Assembly: GCF_009914755.1 (NCBI RefSeq)
Contig: NC_060927.1
DNA: 64,000 nucleotides
Reading direction: 5' to 3' (one strand)
DNA from: the human T2T-CHM13v2.0 reference genome, Homo sapiens
The notes under the pieces are model-generated. The model was not told the origin of the DNA and did not search any database. It saw only the letters and a list, made by a program, of their open reading frames with translations. The position numbers and the translations under genes are program-made. Of this stretch, positions 1 to 15,539 are shown in pieces (the first letter of the stretch is position 1; each line of letters opens with the position of its first letter).

Positions 1-240
1 GCTCAGGAGTTCCAGACCAGCCTGAGCAACACGGTGAAACCTCGTCTCTACTAAAAATACAAAAAATTAGCTGGGCGTGGTGGCACGTGCCTGTAACCCC
101 AGCTACTCAGGAGGCACAAGAATCGCTTGAACCCAGAAGGTAGAGGTTGCAGTGAGCGTGGTGCCACTGCACTCCAGCCTGGGTGACAGAGTAAGATGCT
201 GTTTAAACAACAACAACAACAACAAACAAACCAAAAAAAC
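1..240 (+). mobile_element. Alu (partial) with (CAA)n tail
   Basis: Alu consensus from mid left arm onward. Confidence 0.95.
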
Positions 241-378
241 CTCAACAACTCCCCATTGCTCTGAAGATCAAGACCAAAACCTTTAATTTGATCTATAGGA
301 CTCAAGAGATTTGGTCCTCCCTCCAGCTTATCACACACATCTACCTCTTTGCTCCAGCCACCCTAGCTTTCTTCCACA

Positions 379-698
<320 letters not shown>

Positions 699-699
699 G

Positions 700-1290
700 C
701 TTTCTTCCACATTTTCAAAGACACTGGGCTTCTTCCACCTCCGGGCTTTGGCACATGCTGTTTCATCTGCCTGGGTCACACAAATTTTCACACGATTGGC
801 TCTTTTCCCCGTTCAGCATTCAGGACCAATGACCTCATTGGACAGGCTTTCCTAACGCTCCATCTAAAGTCACTCCTCATCCTCAGTCACTCTATCCCAT
901 CATCCTCTTTTACTTTTTTCATAACATTTACTACCAGCTGAAATTAAAATGTTCATTTCCTTGTTACCTGCATCTCCCACAGCATATTAAGTTATATGAG
1001 TTCAGAGATTTTGTGTATGTTGTTCACTGCAGTATCCCTGGTGTCTAGGGTGGTGTCTAGGGTGGTGCCTGGGAACCACTAGGCATTCAAATATTTGTTA
1101 AATAACTGAATGACTCAAAGAAGCTTGGGAGGTAGCAGTTATTACTCCTGTTTTACGAACGAGAAAATGAAGGTCCAAAGAGGTTTTCGTTACCCGCCCA
1201 AGGACCCATAAGCTTGGAAGGGGTAGATCTAGAATGTAAATCCAGACACAGCTCAAAATTGATGTCTCTCTATACTCTAACTCTTTCCCC
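700..1290. mobile_element. L2 3' end followed by MIR fragment
   Basis: L2 terminal motif aaatatttgttaaataactgaatga; MIR core ttttacgaacgagaaaatgaagg...cccaagg. Confidence 0.65.
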
Positions 1291-2014
1291 ACCCCCTTCC
1301 CACTCCTTCTAGTTCTGTCATCTGCTTCAGGACTCCTTTGGGAACCTACAAGTTTTGTCACAGATGCCACAGCAGCAAGTGTTTCAGCCTATTACATACA
1401 CACATACATGCAGACATGCACACACAGAGACATGTACATAGACACCCATGCACAAATAAAAAACAGCTGTCTTTCCTAGCATAAAATTCATCTCATTCAT
1501 CTAGATAATTGATGAAATACAACAGAATTAAGGCAGGAGTGCCAATAATTGCATGAAAAATATTGCCCTGTTGCTAAAGAAAATATTCATGTATTCATTT
1601 ATTCAAGCACCTATTATTTATTGTGCTCTGAGGATGCCAACAGATGAGGAAAAACAGACCAGGGAGGAGCATATGTCCATTTGGCCAAGGCATATTAGAT
1701 ATGCTCTACTTCAGCGTTTCTCAAATAAGGGACAGAGGAACATCTGCACCCACTCTCCTAGAATATGGATTCCTGGGTCTCATTCCCTGCTGAAGCGGAA
1801 TTTCTATTTCACTTGAATTTTGCCATAAAACTATGGCTTGGGCACTATGAGTTGTCCCACTTTAGGGATGAGAAAACAAGCATGGGTGGGTTAAAATGAA
1901 TTGGCCAAGGTCACATAGCTAAGCTAGAAATGAGAACTCATGCATAATTCCCAAATCCACTCTCTTAGCCCCTTAACATTATACACTTCATTCTAGACCA
2001 TTTTAAAGCTCTTT

Positions 2015-2200
2015 TCCCCAGTACTGAAACATACAAGACCCTCACTACTCCAAGTGCAGTCTGGCATCATCAGCGTCACCTGCGGGTTTGTTAGGAGTGC
2101 AAATTCTTGGATCCCAGCCCAGATGTACTGTATCGAAATCTGCATCTTAAAAAGACCTCCAGGAAGTTTGTGTGCACTTGAAAGCTTGAGAAGTATGCTC
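2015..2200. mobile_element. MER5A-like DNA transposon
   Basis: catcagcgtcacctgcggg...gcaaattcttgg...atctgcat...aaagcttgagaag. Confidence 0.65.
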
Positions 2201-2347
2201 CAGATTATTGATTAATGCAAACACAGAAAGCAGAGTAATTCTTGTAACTCCCAGAACCTTTCTAGAGGAGTTTTTCTTGTTAAGCATCTAGTTATTTGAC
2301 TGAACAACTCAAACCGCGAGAGGGTAACAGGAATAAATCCTAGTGTC

Positions 2348-2366
2348 TGCTGCCACCTTGTGGTGA
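2348..2366 (-). promoter_or_regulatory. CTCF-like motif
   Basis: TCACCACAAGGTGGCAGCA on - strand closely fits the CCAnnAGGTGGCAG core. Confidence 0.55.
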
Positions 2367-2509
2367 GAAGTTCCATCACAGGCAGAATTCGCTCTTCACC
2401 ACGAAATAAATGGGGCAATGTTGGAAGGGAGGGGTGGATCAGGTCCTCAATTTAGCAATGTACTTTGAGAGACCACTGCAAAATTCCAAGATGTAATGAA
2501 AACCACCCT

Positions 2510-2932
2510 TGGGGTACATTTTGAGATGTCCAAACAACAACTGGCCTTGTCATATGTGTCCCACAGGACACAGAGAACATTCACCAGCTGTAACTGAGAG
2601 ATCTAACAGAAGCTCAACTTGTGTTAATCAGCGTATCGTTGGTATTCCTATAGGTCCCTACCACTTCAGAGTTCAAATACGCACTTCTGAATGTGGTGGT
2701 CAATTAGTGTGTGGGTGTTTTTTGTTGTTGTTGTTGTTGTTTGATTTTTTTTTTCTATCCAAATGCCAGCATTGAGGCAATCAGATCATCATTTCTGTAT
2801 TTGCCTTGTTCAAGAATCTGTGAAGTGTTCCACAAAGGTCCATGGAATTTCACACAGCTCTGTCAAATACATCACTGGTGACCTCTGTGAAGTTGTAAAC
2901 AGGGCCAGTCCCACAAATAATGTCTCTAACAC
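2510..2932 (-). pseudogene. Possible decayed cadherin-repeat exon (candidate CDHR18P remnant)
   Basis: Strong acceptor tttcccttattcccttccag|; broken frame with V*NS..GT.LHRF, LNSEVVGTY and LDLSVTA-VN resembling cadherin motifs; contains stops, frameshifts and a (CAA)n insert. Confidence 0.3.
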
Positions 2933-3096
2933 CTGGAAGGGAATAAGGGAAAGACTCTAAAAATTTCCTACATATTTTATTCCGAATAGCCCACACCTTG
3001 ACAGTACATTCAGTCACTGGATGATTTTGTATTGAAGTCTGTAAGTTCAAGAACTAAAACAATCCAAAACGGCTACTACAGGTGAAGTTGAGAGCA

Positions 3097-3221
3097 ATGG
3101 CCCAACCTCAGCTGTATCTACCAGAACCCTTTAAGATTGCCTACAGAAAAGTTGGACAGTGCCGAAGATTCCAGCAACTCAAGAAGAAAAATGGCTCATT
3201 CAAAAGGAAGGGGATAGAAAG
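3097..3221 (+). CDS. C3orf49: C3orf49 coding exon 1 (MAQPQLYLPEPFKIAYRKVGQCRRFQQLKKKNGSFKRKGIE-R)
   Basis: ATG at 3097 in good Kozak context (gcaATGG); open frame to donor AG|GTAACA at 3222; 125 nt, phase 2 joins exon 2 in frame; N-terminus matches my recollection of C3orf49. Confidence 0.9.
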
Positions 3222-5074
3222 GTAACAGAGATTCATTTCCTTTTCTGTCAAATGAGAGTCTTTGGGTTTGGCATAGTGGCATGTCCTTTTAAGCATTGCA
3301 TTTAGGAATGAGGACTCTGGATGGATTGGCGGGGAGGGTACTGCGTTGGATCAAGAAATCTAGTGTGACAATGTAAGCTTCATTTTATGATCAGAAACAT
3401 CTTAATTGTAACAGGGAAAACCTTTCCTTTCCACTCGAAATTAAGTTTCAATGTGGCATAGGAGACTAAAATAAGTTCTGATCCTATGTTGATATTTCAG
3501 CATCAGAATTTTGGACATCTCACATCCCGTGAAAATACTATTATTTTGAAAAGTCATTAGTGCATTCTTCGAAATAGGTCCACGATCAGTGCTTTCTTTC
3601 TCCTATCCCAGCAATTTGGGCTGCTGAAATATGTACTAATCACATTTCACTATGGACACATTGTTTAATGTAACGTTAAAACTGCCTTAGACTTGCTATT
3701 TTTTTGCCAATGACAAAACCATATAGACAGGTATGAAACATCCAAAATATAATATATTTTAATTTGGAAAGTCAGTGTGGTGATTTATTTTCCAATTTCT
3801 TTGGGCTTCTCTCTTACCAGGTCCATGGGCTATAGTTCAGACATGTAGAAGTGAGGTGTTTTAATGAGTCCTGGAAGCATCAAAGACCAAGCTTGTGAAC
3901 TTCCATGGACAAAATAAAATACTGCAGAGATTTCCACTTTCAATGAAAAGTAGGCACTCCGGGGGAAGCAATACAACCAAATAAATTCAGTACCAACACA
4001 AAAATATTTAAAAACTTAAGAAGGGGAGGGTTCTGCTCATATCAGAAATTGCAGCAGTGTGTTCCTAGGCTCTGGAGCTAAATCACCTTTGTTAATTATG
4101 TTCTAGATAGATTGGGGATGAGAGTGGGGAGGATGGGAATGGGAAACACCTTCTAGAGATTCTGAGACCACTTAGAACTGGGCTTTTAACATGGGTGGTC
4201 TTCAAAATTCCTGAATCTCCTGAAACTGTATTTGCATTGTTCTGTGTCACAGTATGTGTATGTGTGTACATGTTTATAGTAGTAGAATCACTTAAAAATT
4301 AAATTATTATTAAAGGAGTCTCAGAGGGGTCTACGGGAGATTAATCCTACCCATAAGTTATCTCTGGGTGAATTAGGAAATGGTGCTCCCTCCTCAGGAC
4401 ATTTTACTGCCATCTGCCAGAAAATCATTATAATAACTATACACAAGTCTAAGGATGAAATTGAATAGCACCCCCTAGAAGTCATATATGTACATTTTGC
4501 AGAACCCTGCCCTTGGTCCCAGAAGGGAGGCTGCTAGCTTCTCCCTTATTTTGCCCTCTAGTGTGGGCTCCCTGCTTGCCTTTTAAGTTAATGGATTTTC
4601 CCCATAAGTTAATGGCTTTTCCCCACTGTTCTGATCCACATGGTAATAAAAAGTATCATTTATGGAATGCTTTTTAAGGTTCCAAACACATGAATTATTT
4701 CCTTTTATTTTCATAATTCTGAAAAGATTATGCCCATTTTCAAATGAGAAGACCAAAGCTTATAGAGGTTACATGACATGCCCAAGGTCACAGAGTTAGG
4801 AATTGTCCTGAGTTAAACCAATACCATTCAACTCCAGTGTCTAGGCTGTCACTGAACCACTTCCCATATATAATTACAGAAAAAGGCTGAATGATTTGGG
4901 TTCTGTTTAGAACAGTGTTTTCCTGGAGAGTAGTACATATGCTACTGATGGTACATGAGATATTTTAGGTAATATATGAAGAACATTGTTAATGGTTATA
5001 AATTTGTTTTAATCCATATTAGAAATATATGTTATATATTTAATACAACGTAATAGCATAATATAAAACCTGGG

Positions 5075-5970
<896 letters not shown>

Positions 5971-6874
5971 CACCGAAATTTCATGGATATTATTACTTTG
6001 GGTGAAGCTAACAAAAAATAGTTAATTGAGGAAGAATATTAGGTAATAATTGTATCACCGTACAGGTGATACTCTAGCACAGTGGTGAACAACACAGACC
6101 TCAGGATCAGATAATCTGGACATAAATTATTTAATCTCTCCAAGCTTTAATTTCTTCATGTGTGAAGTAGAGATGAGAATATAAAGATTAAATTATGTTA
6201 TACACATGAAAGCACTTGGAAGAGTGTTTAGCACACAGAAAGCTATCAGGAAATGTTGTCTATTGTTTAGTCTATTGTGTATAATAAAATATGCCAAAAT
6301 TATGAAGATGGTACACGTAGTCACTATATATGAGTTTACAGTATGTTATCTAAATGAGTGTTTTATGTAAATGCAGTATTTATGGGGCCTTGGAGGTTAC
6401 TCCTTATTGACTACCCTAGCAGACTCTCTCATCTTTTATTACTTTCACTTTGAAACTGCCAAATCTAGCAAAAACTATGTCAAACTATCATTGAAATAAG
6501 ATTGCCAATTTGCCAATATAAGTTAATGGATTCCAACAGTCAGACCTGGATTAAAGTCTGCATTCAGCCCTTGGTCAATTAATTTAAACCATGTCTCAGT
6601 TTACTCATAAGTAAAATGAAGACAATAATATAACCTACCTCTAACAGTACTGTGTTTAAATTAAATAGCAGCCAGATTACTATAATTTGGTAACAAAACA
6701 CCAAGTAGTTGCTTTGGCTTTATTTTTCTGTGATTTGATTCTTGGTCTTCAATTTCATTTTTTTTTTCTGAATTGTATAATTGGTTCACATTTGAAGTTT
6801 GTGTTTTAATGATTTAAATTTTTCACTTTTAACTTTTCAGTTTCCCTAATATGAACCATTTTTATTTTGTTTAG

Positions 6875-7194
6875 ATGGCATAGAGCTGTGTCTACCAACT
6901 TACTAAAACAAAATGTATTGGTCCCTAAAGAGGAATCATCCAGTGATAGTGACATGGGATTTCATGAAAGCCAGCAAAATCAGAAAAGTAATTTGAAGAC
7001 GAAAGTGAAGACTGCTTTTGGGAGGATGCTGTCCTACAAGTATAGAAGCAAGCCAGCATGTGCCAGCCAAGAGGGCTCCACTGACCATAAAGAAGCCCTC
7101 CTGTCAAACACGCAGAGCCTTCTCCCTAGGATTGTCAAGGAGTTTTCATCTCCCAAGTTATTTACAGCAAAAATGAGAAAGCTCTCAGAGAATG
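6875..7194 (+). CDS. C3orf49: C3orf49 coding exon 2 (WHRAVSTNLLKQNV...KMRKLSEN)
   Basis: T-rich acceptor tttgtttag| at 6874; lies within ORF 6867..7289; donor G|GTAATC at 7195; 320 nt, phases consistent. Confidence 0.92.
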
Positions 7195-7390
7195 GTAATC
7201 ATATTTGGGCAATTTGTCTTTGGGTTGAGGCCAAGAGGAAGAGTGAAATTAGGATGGATTATCTTGCTACACCAGTATGGCATCCCTGAGGAGCTTGTCT
7301 GAAATGCAGAATCTCAGGCCCTACCTGGGACCTTCTGAGTGAGAAGCCACACTTTAGCAAGATCCTCAGTTGGCTTGTATGTTCATACCG

Positions 7391-7391
<1 letters not shown>

Positions 7392-7443
<52 letters not shown>
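7392..7443 (+). repeat. (TG)26 microsatellite at the tail of a - strand Alu (7445-7715), itself inside a MER5
   Basis: Counted directly; tcatacc direct repeats flank the Alu plus repeat. Confidence 0.92.
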
Positions 7444-7446
<3 letters not shown>

Positions 7447-8164
7447 AGATGGAATCTCGCTCTATCACCCAGGCTGTAGTGCAGAGGCATGATCTCGGCT
7501 CACTGCAACCTCTGCCTTCCGGGTTCAAGCAATTTTCCTCCCTCAGCCACCTGAGTAGCTCGAACTACAGGAGCGTGCCACCACACCCAGCTAAATTTTG
7601 TATTTTTACTAGAGATGGGGTTTTACCATATTGGCCAGGCTGGTCTTGAACTCCTGACTTCAGGTGATCCGTTCGCCTCGGCCTCCCAAAGTGCTGGGAT
7701 TACAGGTGTGAGCCTTGCTCATACCTTTTGAGAAGCACTGAATTGGATTGCCTTGGAGGTTCCTTCCAGTTCAATTAAACAGTGTTCTAATCAGTTTAAA
7801 GTCACTTTTTATTTAAATATATATGTGTGTATATATTCATATATACATATATATATTTATTGGAAAATCAAACTCAAGGGGGATTTTTGGTTTTGTTTCT
7901 GGAAAAAGTAGTGATGCAGACTTTCACATGGCTACTTCTAACAGTGGAGGGGGTAGTGAGACTTAAATGAATAAAATGTATAACTGGTAAGTCATAAAGA
8001 ATGCTCACTTTTATTGCATTTACTTTCTATGTACTGTGTGAAAGAATTAATATTTGAACTGTTAACTTTAAGTCGTTTTTGCAACTAGTATTAATGCCAT
8101 GTGGCATCCTATGAGTCATGACTAACAATACTACCAATGTTTGCATTCTCATCTGTGGCTTTTA

Positions 8165-8495
<331 letters not shown>

Positions 8496-9329
8496 CTATT
8501 TTTATAGCACTTTTATATTTACAGAAAAATTGAACAGAAAATGTAGAGTTCCCATATATGCCCTCCCTTCCCTGATCCCCACAGCTCCTGTTATTAACAT
8601 CTTGCTTTAGAGTGGTACATTTACAATCGATGAACCAATATTGATATATTACTATTATTAACTGAAGTTATAGTTTACATTAGGGTTCCCCCTTTATATT
8701 GTGCAGTTCTGTGGGATTTGACAAATACCTACTTTTATGTCATACTCTGTCATAACATACATCCACCATACATCCACCATAATTTCACTGCTCTATATAT
8801 CCTCTGTAGCTTTTTAATGTCCTTCACAGCACAGAATCAGGAAACACACAGCCCTTCTAGTATATGTAAATATACATACAACCTCACATTTTACACACCA
8901 TGATCAGGCAACAAAACTGATGTGTGCTTTTTCCAGGAAAAAAAAAACAAAAAAAAACCCTGATGGTTTCCAGCCGACTACTTTCAAACAAACTCTGTGT
9001 TCTGGAAAAAGCAGTCATTAATACAAGCATCCAAGCATCTAGCAATTACCTGGTATGGATTGAGCTGTATATTTCTGTTGAAAATAGCAAAGAGGACATG
9101 ATTCTATATTGCTGGGGCTGGAATTGAAGAATCCAGCAGAAAACAGAGGATCAAATTTCTACTCCTAATCTGTGCACTGGTTTATTTTTATCTTAGTTGG
9201 AATAACAAATATCAACTAAGATTTCTCCAGAAAACATGCTCATCCTTTAGGATGTAGCTCAAACATTAATACCCTTTGTTGTGGCCCCAAATCAGTTGCT
9301 CTTCCCTGCTGACCTTCAAAACATGTTTT

Positions 9330-10250
9330 TATCTATTTAACAAATATCTGCTAAGTACTTATTATATGACAGCCACAATATTTGGGATAGAGTAGCACAT
9401 AGAACAGACATAGTCCCTCCCTCATGGAGAGGCTTTCAAACATGCAGAAAATTACATTTGTTCCAAAGGAGCACAGGATGCTATTGAAAGAAATCATAGG
9501 TGCTCTAACTTTAGGGGAGGGGTCTCAGGAAAGGCTTCCCCAAGGAAGGGACAACTAAATTGAGATCTGAAGGATGTCTAAGACATAAAGATGGCTTACA
9601 CAAGGTGGAGGGGGGAGAACAGTTTCCCAGGAATAAGGGAGAGCATGTTCAAGTCACAATATCAAGAGATCACCAGGCACAATTAGGAAATGAAAGAAAT
9701 CCAGTGGAGGTTGGAACACAGAGAGCTAAGGGGAGGCTGGTTGAATTAGGTAGTAAGGGTGTCTGTCATAGGACACATTGAGAATTTTTAACTTTCTTCT
9801 AAGGGTGATAAGAAACCACTGGATACTTTCAAGCTGGGGATTTATATAATCTGATTTGCATTCTTAAAAGATAGCTTTGGTTATCTTTTAGTGTAGACTG
9901 GATTGGATGAGGGTAAGCGCAAATGCAGGAAGAACAATAAGCACCCATACATTCTTTCAGGCAAGGAATGACATTAGCTTGGATTAGTCAGGGCAGTGGG
10001 AATGGGGAGATAAAGGGAGAAATAAGCATAGGTAGAAGTTACAAGAGTTGGGGAAGAGTTGGACAGTGAAGGGTTGGGGAGAGGGAAAAATTTCTGGATT
10101 GAGCACTGGCTTTGAAGGTGGAGGCATCATTCACTAATATAAGGAGCAATGGACCTGGATTGAAAAATAAGTCATGAGTTCTGGCTAGACTTGCTGACAT
10201 AAGGTCCCTGCCAAATAGCCAAGTGGAAGTGTCAAGTAGGCTAATGTATT
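9330..10250 (-). mobile_element. Degenerate L2
   Basis: Typical L2 antisense purine-rich segments (caaatatctgctaagtac..., gaaaggcttccc..., tgatttgcattcttaaaagat). Confidence 0.6.
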
Positions 10251-10419
10251 CATTGAGGTCTGAGGCTCCCAGAGAAGTCCTTATCAATGGACTTTAAGCA
10301 ACAAGATGATTTTAGGTGTGCACACTGCATGAAGAACAGTGTAACACACAGCAAATTGCAAACACCCTTTCCCCAATGCTGTCATCCTTTTGAATACATC
10401 AAGGAAAATGTCTCATTTA

Positions 10420-10671
<252 letters not shown>

Positions 10672-11227
10672 TTACCATACTAGTCTTAAATTTATGGTAG
10701 TGTTTTAAAGTTTCCTTTATAAATACATTTATGGAGTTAAGCACTGAATTGATATGTTTTAAAATGTTAAGGAATCCAAAGTTCACCTGGCTCCTGGATA
10801 TAGGAAAGACAAATCAATGGTATGTAAATGACTGAGCCTTGAGCCACATTTCTCGAAAATAGATAGAAAATTTGCTTTAATCCACAATGAATACCCAAGG
10901 GAGGGCCTTGCATGTTAGAGGGTTACTTTTCTAATTCCACAATGGTTCAGGGGAAAAACTTAAATCTCGAAGAGAGAGAGAGGTGGCTACCTTGTCAAAG
11001 ACTGGGTTGGTGTCCACTGAGGTCATGACCATAACAAAAGGCAAATGCGTGCAGGAGAAAGTGTAAGATTGGGAAGAGCAAATCAATTTTTTATTCTTAA
11101 CTCTAAAGAAAAAAAAAGCCACTGAAGCAGCAAGTGATGCTGTCTTCTAAGAATACTGTATTTTTAACAGGAAGAATGTGTTCCTCATTGTGATCCTTAC
11201 AGATTCCTTTTTCCCCCTTTCTTGAAG

Positions 11228-11352
11228 CGACTATACAACTTGATGTTGTAGAGGCAGAGACAGAGGAGATAACCCAGGGAAACACACTCCTTCGGGCCAG
11301 GAGAACCACCAAGCGGTTATCTGTGACATCTCTTCCTTCAGGACTGCAAAAG
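11228..11352 (+). CDS. C3orf49: C3orf49 coding exon 3 (ATIQLDVVEAETEEITQGNTLLRARRTTKRLSVTSLPSGLQK)
   Basis: Polypyrimidine acceptor ttcccccttTcttgaag|; donor AAG|GTAAAA; 125 nt restores phase 0. Confidence 0.9.
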
Positions 11353-11669
11353 GTAAAACGCTAAATGAATTTGCCTCTGAAGACTTACACATAACTCAAT
11401 GTCTAGAGATTTTGCAAAAACCAAGTTCTGTCCTACCATGAGTCCTCCACAATAAGCCCTTTAAATCTGCTGCTTCTGTCTCCTCTCCAAGAATTTAGGG
11501 TACTCTCTGGGTCAGATTCTTCTACTTCTAAGCTCAAACTGTTCAGCTTCTACTACATCTGGGCAACAGTGGATGGAGTTTGGATTTTTATAACTGACTT
11601 TCTCACTCTTCAAATGTTAGTATATTAGCATTCTGGCCTATCTGTGCATACTATGTGGAGTGGAACTCA

Positions 11670-12740
<1,071 letters not shown>

Positions 12741-13289
12741 CACCACTGTCAGAGTGCACTGATACTAGTTTTGAAGTTTTGCCTTTTGTGTGCTAGGTTC
12801 GTATTCATTTTGCCCCTATTATGTTTTAGGCAGTCTGTAGGTTTGGGGGGTATAGGGTGATCTAATGGACATGGTCTTGCTTCTGTGGAACTTACAGTCA
12901 AATAGAGGAGATAGACATTAAACCATAGCACCATACAGCAGTGGGGTAAGGATAATCTTTTGAACAAATGTTGCTAGAACAATTGGGCATTCATACAGAA
13001 AAAAAATGAAAATTGACCCCTATCTCACACCATATACAAAGATTAATTTCTGTTCAGTTATAGATTTAAGTGGAAAAGGCAAAAATCTTAAAACTCCTGG
13101 AGGACAATAAGAATATCTTCATGACTTCAGGATAGAGAAACACTTCTTAGGACACACATAACAATAATCATAAAGATAAAGATGGAGCAATTTGGCTATG
13201 ATTAAGAATTTCTGTCCATCAAATGGTGTTAGATCAGAGGTTGTCAACTAGCTATAAAAATGTTTTGTTTAGCCCTCAGAATGTTCTCA

Positions 13290-13595
<306 letters not shown>

Positions 13596-14736
13596 ATATA
13601 TATATGTATTTGAATTAATTGTCTACGTTTAGAAATTAGGATATTTCTAATACAATTCTGGGTTTTCTACTTTCTCTTGAAAAATAAAAAGATTTGAAAA
13701 TACTAGGCCAATTCCTCATGGCAACAAACAGGAGCTGCGCCAGGGTACTGCAGAAGGTGTGGTCTCTTCAGTCCATACCAGCCCCAACTAGTCCTGCTTT
13801 ACAAAACTTGCCTAGGCACTAGATTTTACCATAGTTGTATTCAATAAACACAGACATAATGTAGTGACTGCCAAGTATGCTAGTATGCTAGTTGCTTAAC
13901 AGGAAAAAGTACTGGGTTTTATGAAAGAGAAAAAAGAGGGGTCTTACTTTAGATAGATCAGGGAAGATTCTGCAAGTGACATTTGAGCTGGGCAAGCTGG
14001 CAGGGTAGCAGTGGTTCAGCAGACTCCATTTGTAAAGGCAAAAGGTAGGACCCAGATGTGGTCCCATATCCTACTTTGTGTAGGTCTCACAATAGTCCTA
14101 ATGCTAATTATTAAGCACAAGGGGAAGGAAGAGTAAACTCAGTAAGACTAAAAAGGGCATATTAGCTGGGAGCCATGACCTGGGAATGATTTCCAATTGC
14201 AACACTGTTAGGACAGGTACTTGTAACCAGTAAGCCAGGGACAATGGGAAAAGTATCAGGCATGGGGTGAAAAGAACCCAGAGCTTTCTTTTTATGTTTG
14301 AAGACGTGACTGCCGTGAAAATAAGGAAACCTGCAGAAACGAGACCAAATTAACAACTAGATCCACGATAATGAGCTTTCTGGGGCACTGGTCCACAACG
14401 GCCCCACACTCTTACTGTGCTCAGCAGCTGCAGAGGCAATTTCTTCTTCTTCCCCTTACGAATGACCTGCTTTTTTCCTGATGCTGTATATTCTTTCAGA
14501 GCCAGACAATCTCATTTCTCTGTACCCTATAGATCTCTTCAAAGAGAGCTCTGGGCACAAAGAAGATACTTGGGGTGTGGAGAATAATATGAATACAGTC
14601 TGCAATCCAATATTGTTATGTGGCAAATGTTCAGTTTATAAGATAATGTCCTAAGGGTGAGAACTCTTGTTTAAGCACCATCACATAAATAATGTTGGTA
14701 GTTCCTAATCTGATGTGTTTTGCATTTTTACCATAG

Positions 14737-14850
14737 GGGCCATATTCACCAAAAAAGAGACCACACTTTCCAGCACTTAAAAAAAAGAAGCGTGGCATGG
14801 AAAACATCCTTCGAAAATCAGATTTGACAGTAGGAAAGCTTCAAATGCAG
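14737..14850 (+). CDS. C3orf49: C3orf49 coding exon 4 (GPYSPKKRPHFPALKKKKRGMENILRKSDLTVGKLQMQ)
   Basis: Acceptor tttttaccatag|; donor CAG|GTAGTG; 114 nt, phase 0-0. Confidence 0.9.
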
Positions 14851-15306
14851 GTAGTGGACAAAGGCTTTTAACTTTTGAGTCTCAGAAGCATCAGAGAGCC
14901 AGGCTTAAGTAAACGCACAGCCCTGCTAGACAGCATGGGTGTGGGATGAAATTAATGATTAGCATTAAGAAATAATGTTAGCAGGGGGGCATTCTGAAAG
15001 TGGCTAAAGGATTGCCAAGGACACCTAGGATGATGCTGTGTACCTGATAAATGTTAAATGAATTCAGTTAAAATGAAGGCATATACATAGGTTTCTTTTC
15101 AGAAGAACTGAGATTGTCTTTATCACTGGGTGGTAAATGTATGCTTTCAAGCTCCATTTGCTATGACTTGAATTAGAATAATATTTTAAGACTTGCAAAA
15201 TGTCCGCCAGTTCCAGAACTCTTCTCTCAGGAAAAGCAACTATCCCTTTGATTTTGACAAGGCTTTCCAACACATGGCTTCATTTCTTTGTATTTATCTG
15301 TCATAG

Positions 15307-15504
15307 GTGGATGACCTCATAGAAACAGTGACTGATAAATCCATGAAGCTACTGGCCCAAAGACATGCTGAGCTTCAACAGTGTGAGTTTCTGGGGGATG
15401 AAATTCTTCAGTCTTCTAAACAGTTCCAGAGGATATCCAAGAGAACCATGAGGAAGTATAAATTAAAAAATGTGTGTTTCCCATGTACCTGCTGCTGCTT
15501 CTGA
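15307..15504 (+). CDS. C3orf49: C3orf49 coding exon 5, read-through form ending ...KYKLKNVCFPCTCCCF* (total 293 aa); R-SNARE-like coiled coil
   Basis: Acceptor tttatctgtcatag| at 15306; ORF 15307..15504; summed exons 882 nt = 293 aa + stop; internal donor AAT|GTGTGT after 15471 for the alternative form. Confidence 0.85.
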   Translation: MDDLIETVTDKSMKLLAQRHAELQQCEFLGDEILQSSKQFQRISKRTMRKYKLKNVCFPCTCCCF

Positions 15505-15539
15505 CTTTGTTCCTGATTCTTTAAAAGTTATCTTCCCTA

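Noticed and set aside
1039-1074. 12-bp unit tandem repeat (tggtgtctaggg x2 plus a degenerate copy)
   Set aside because: Local slippage inside an L2 end; no spacers, not CRISPR-like or otherwise notable
1313-3850. Series of small + strand phase-1 exon-like segments (1313-1378, 2567-2641, 2815-2877, 3821-3850)
   Set aside because: Donors are weak, peptides are unrecognisable, and two overlap the better-supported - strand relic; compatible with chance
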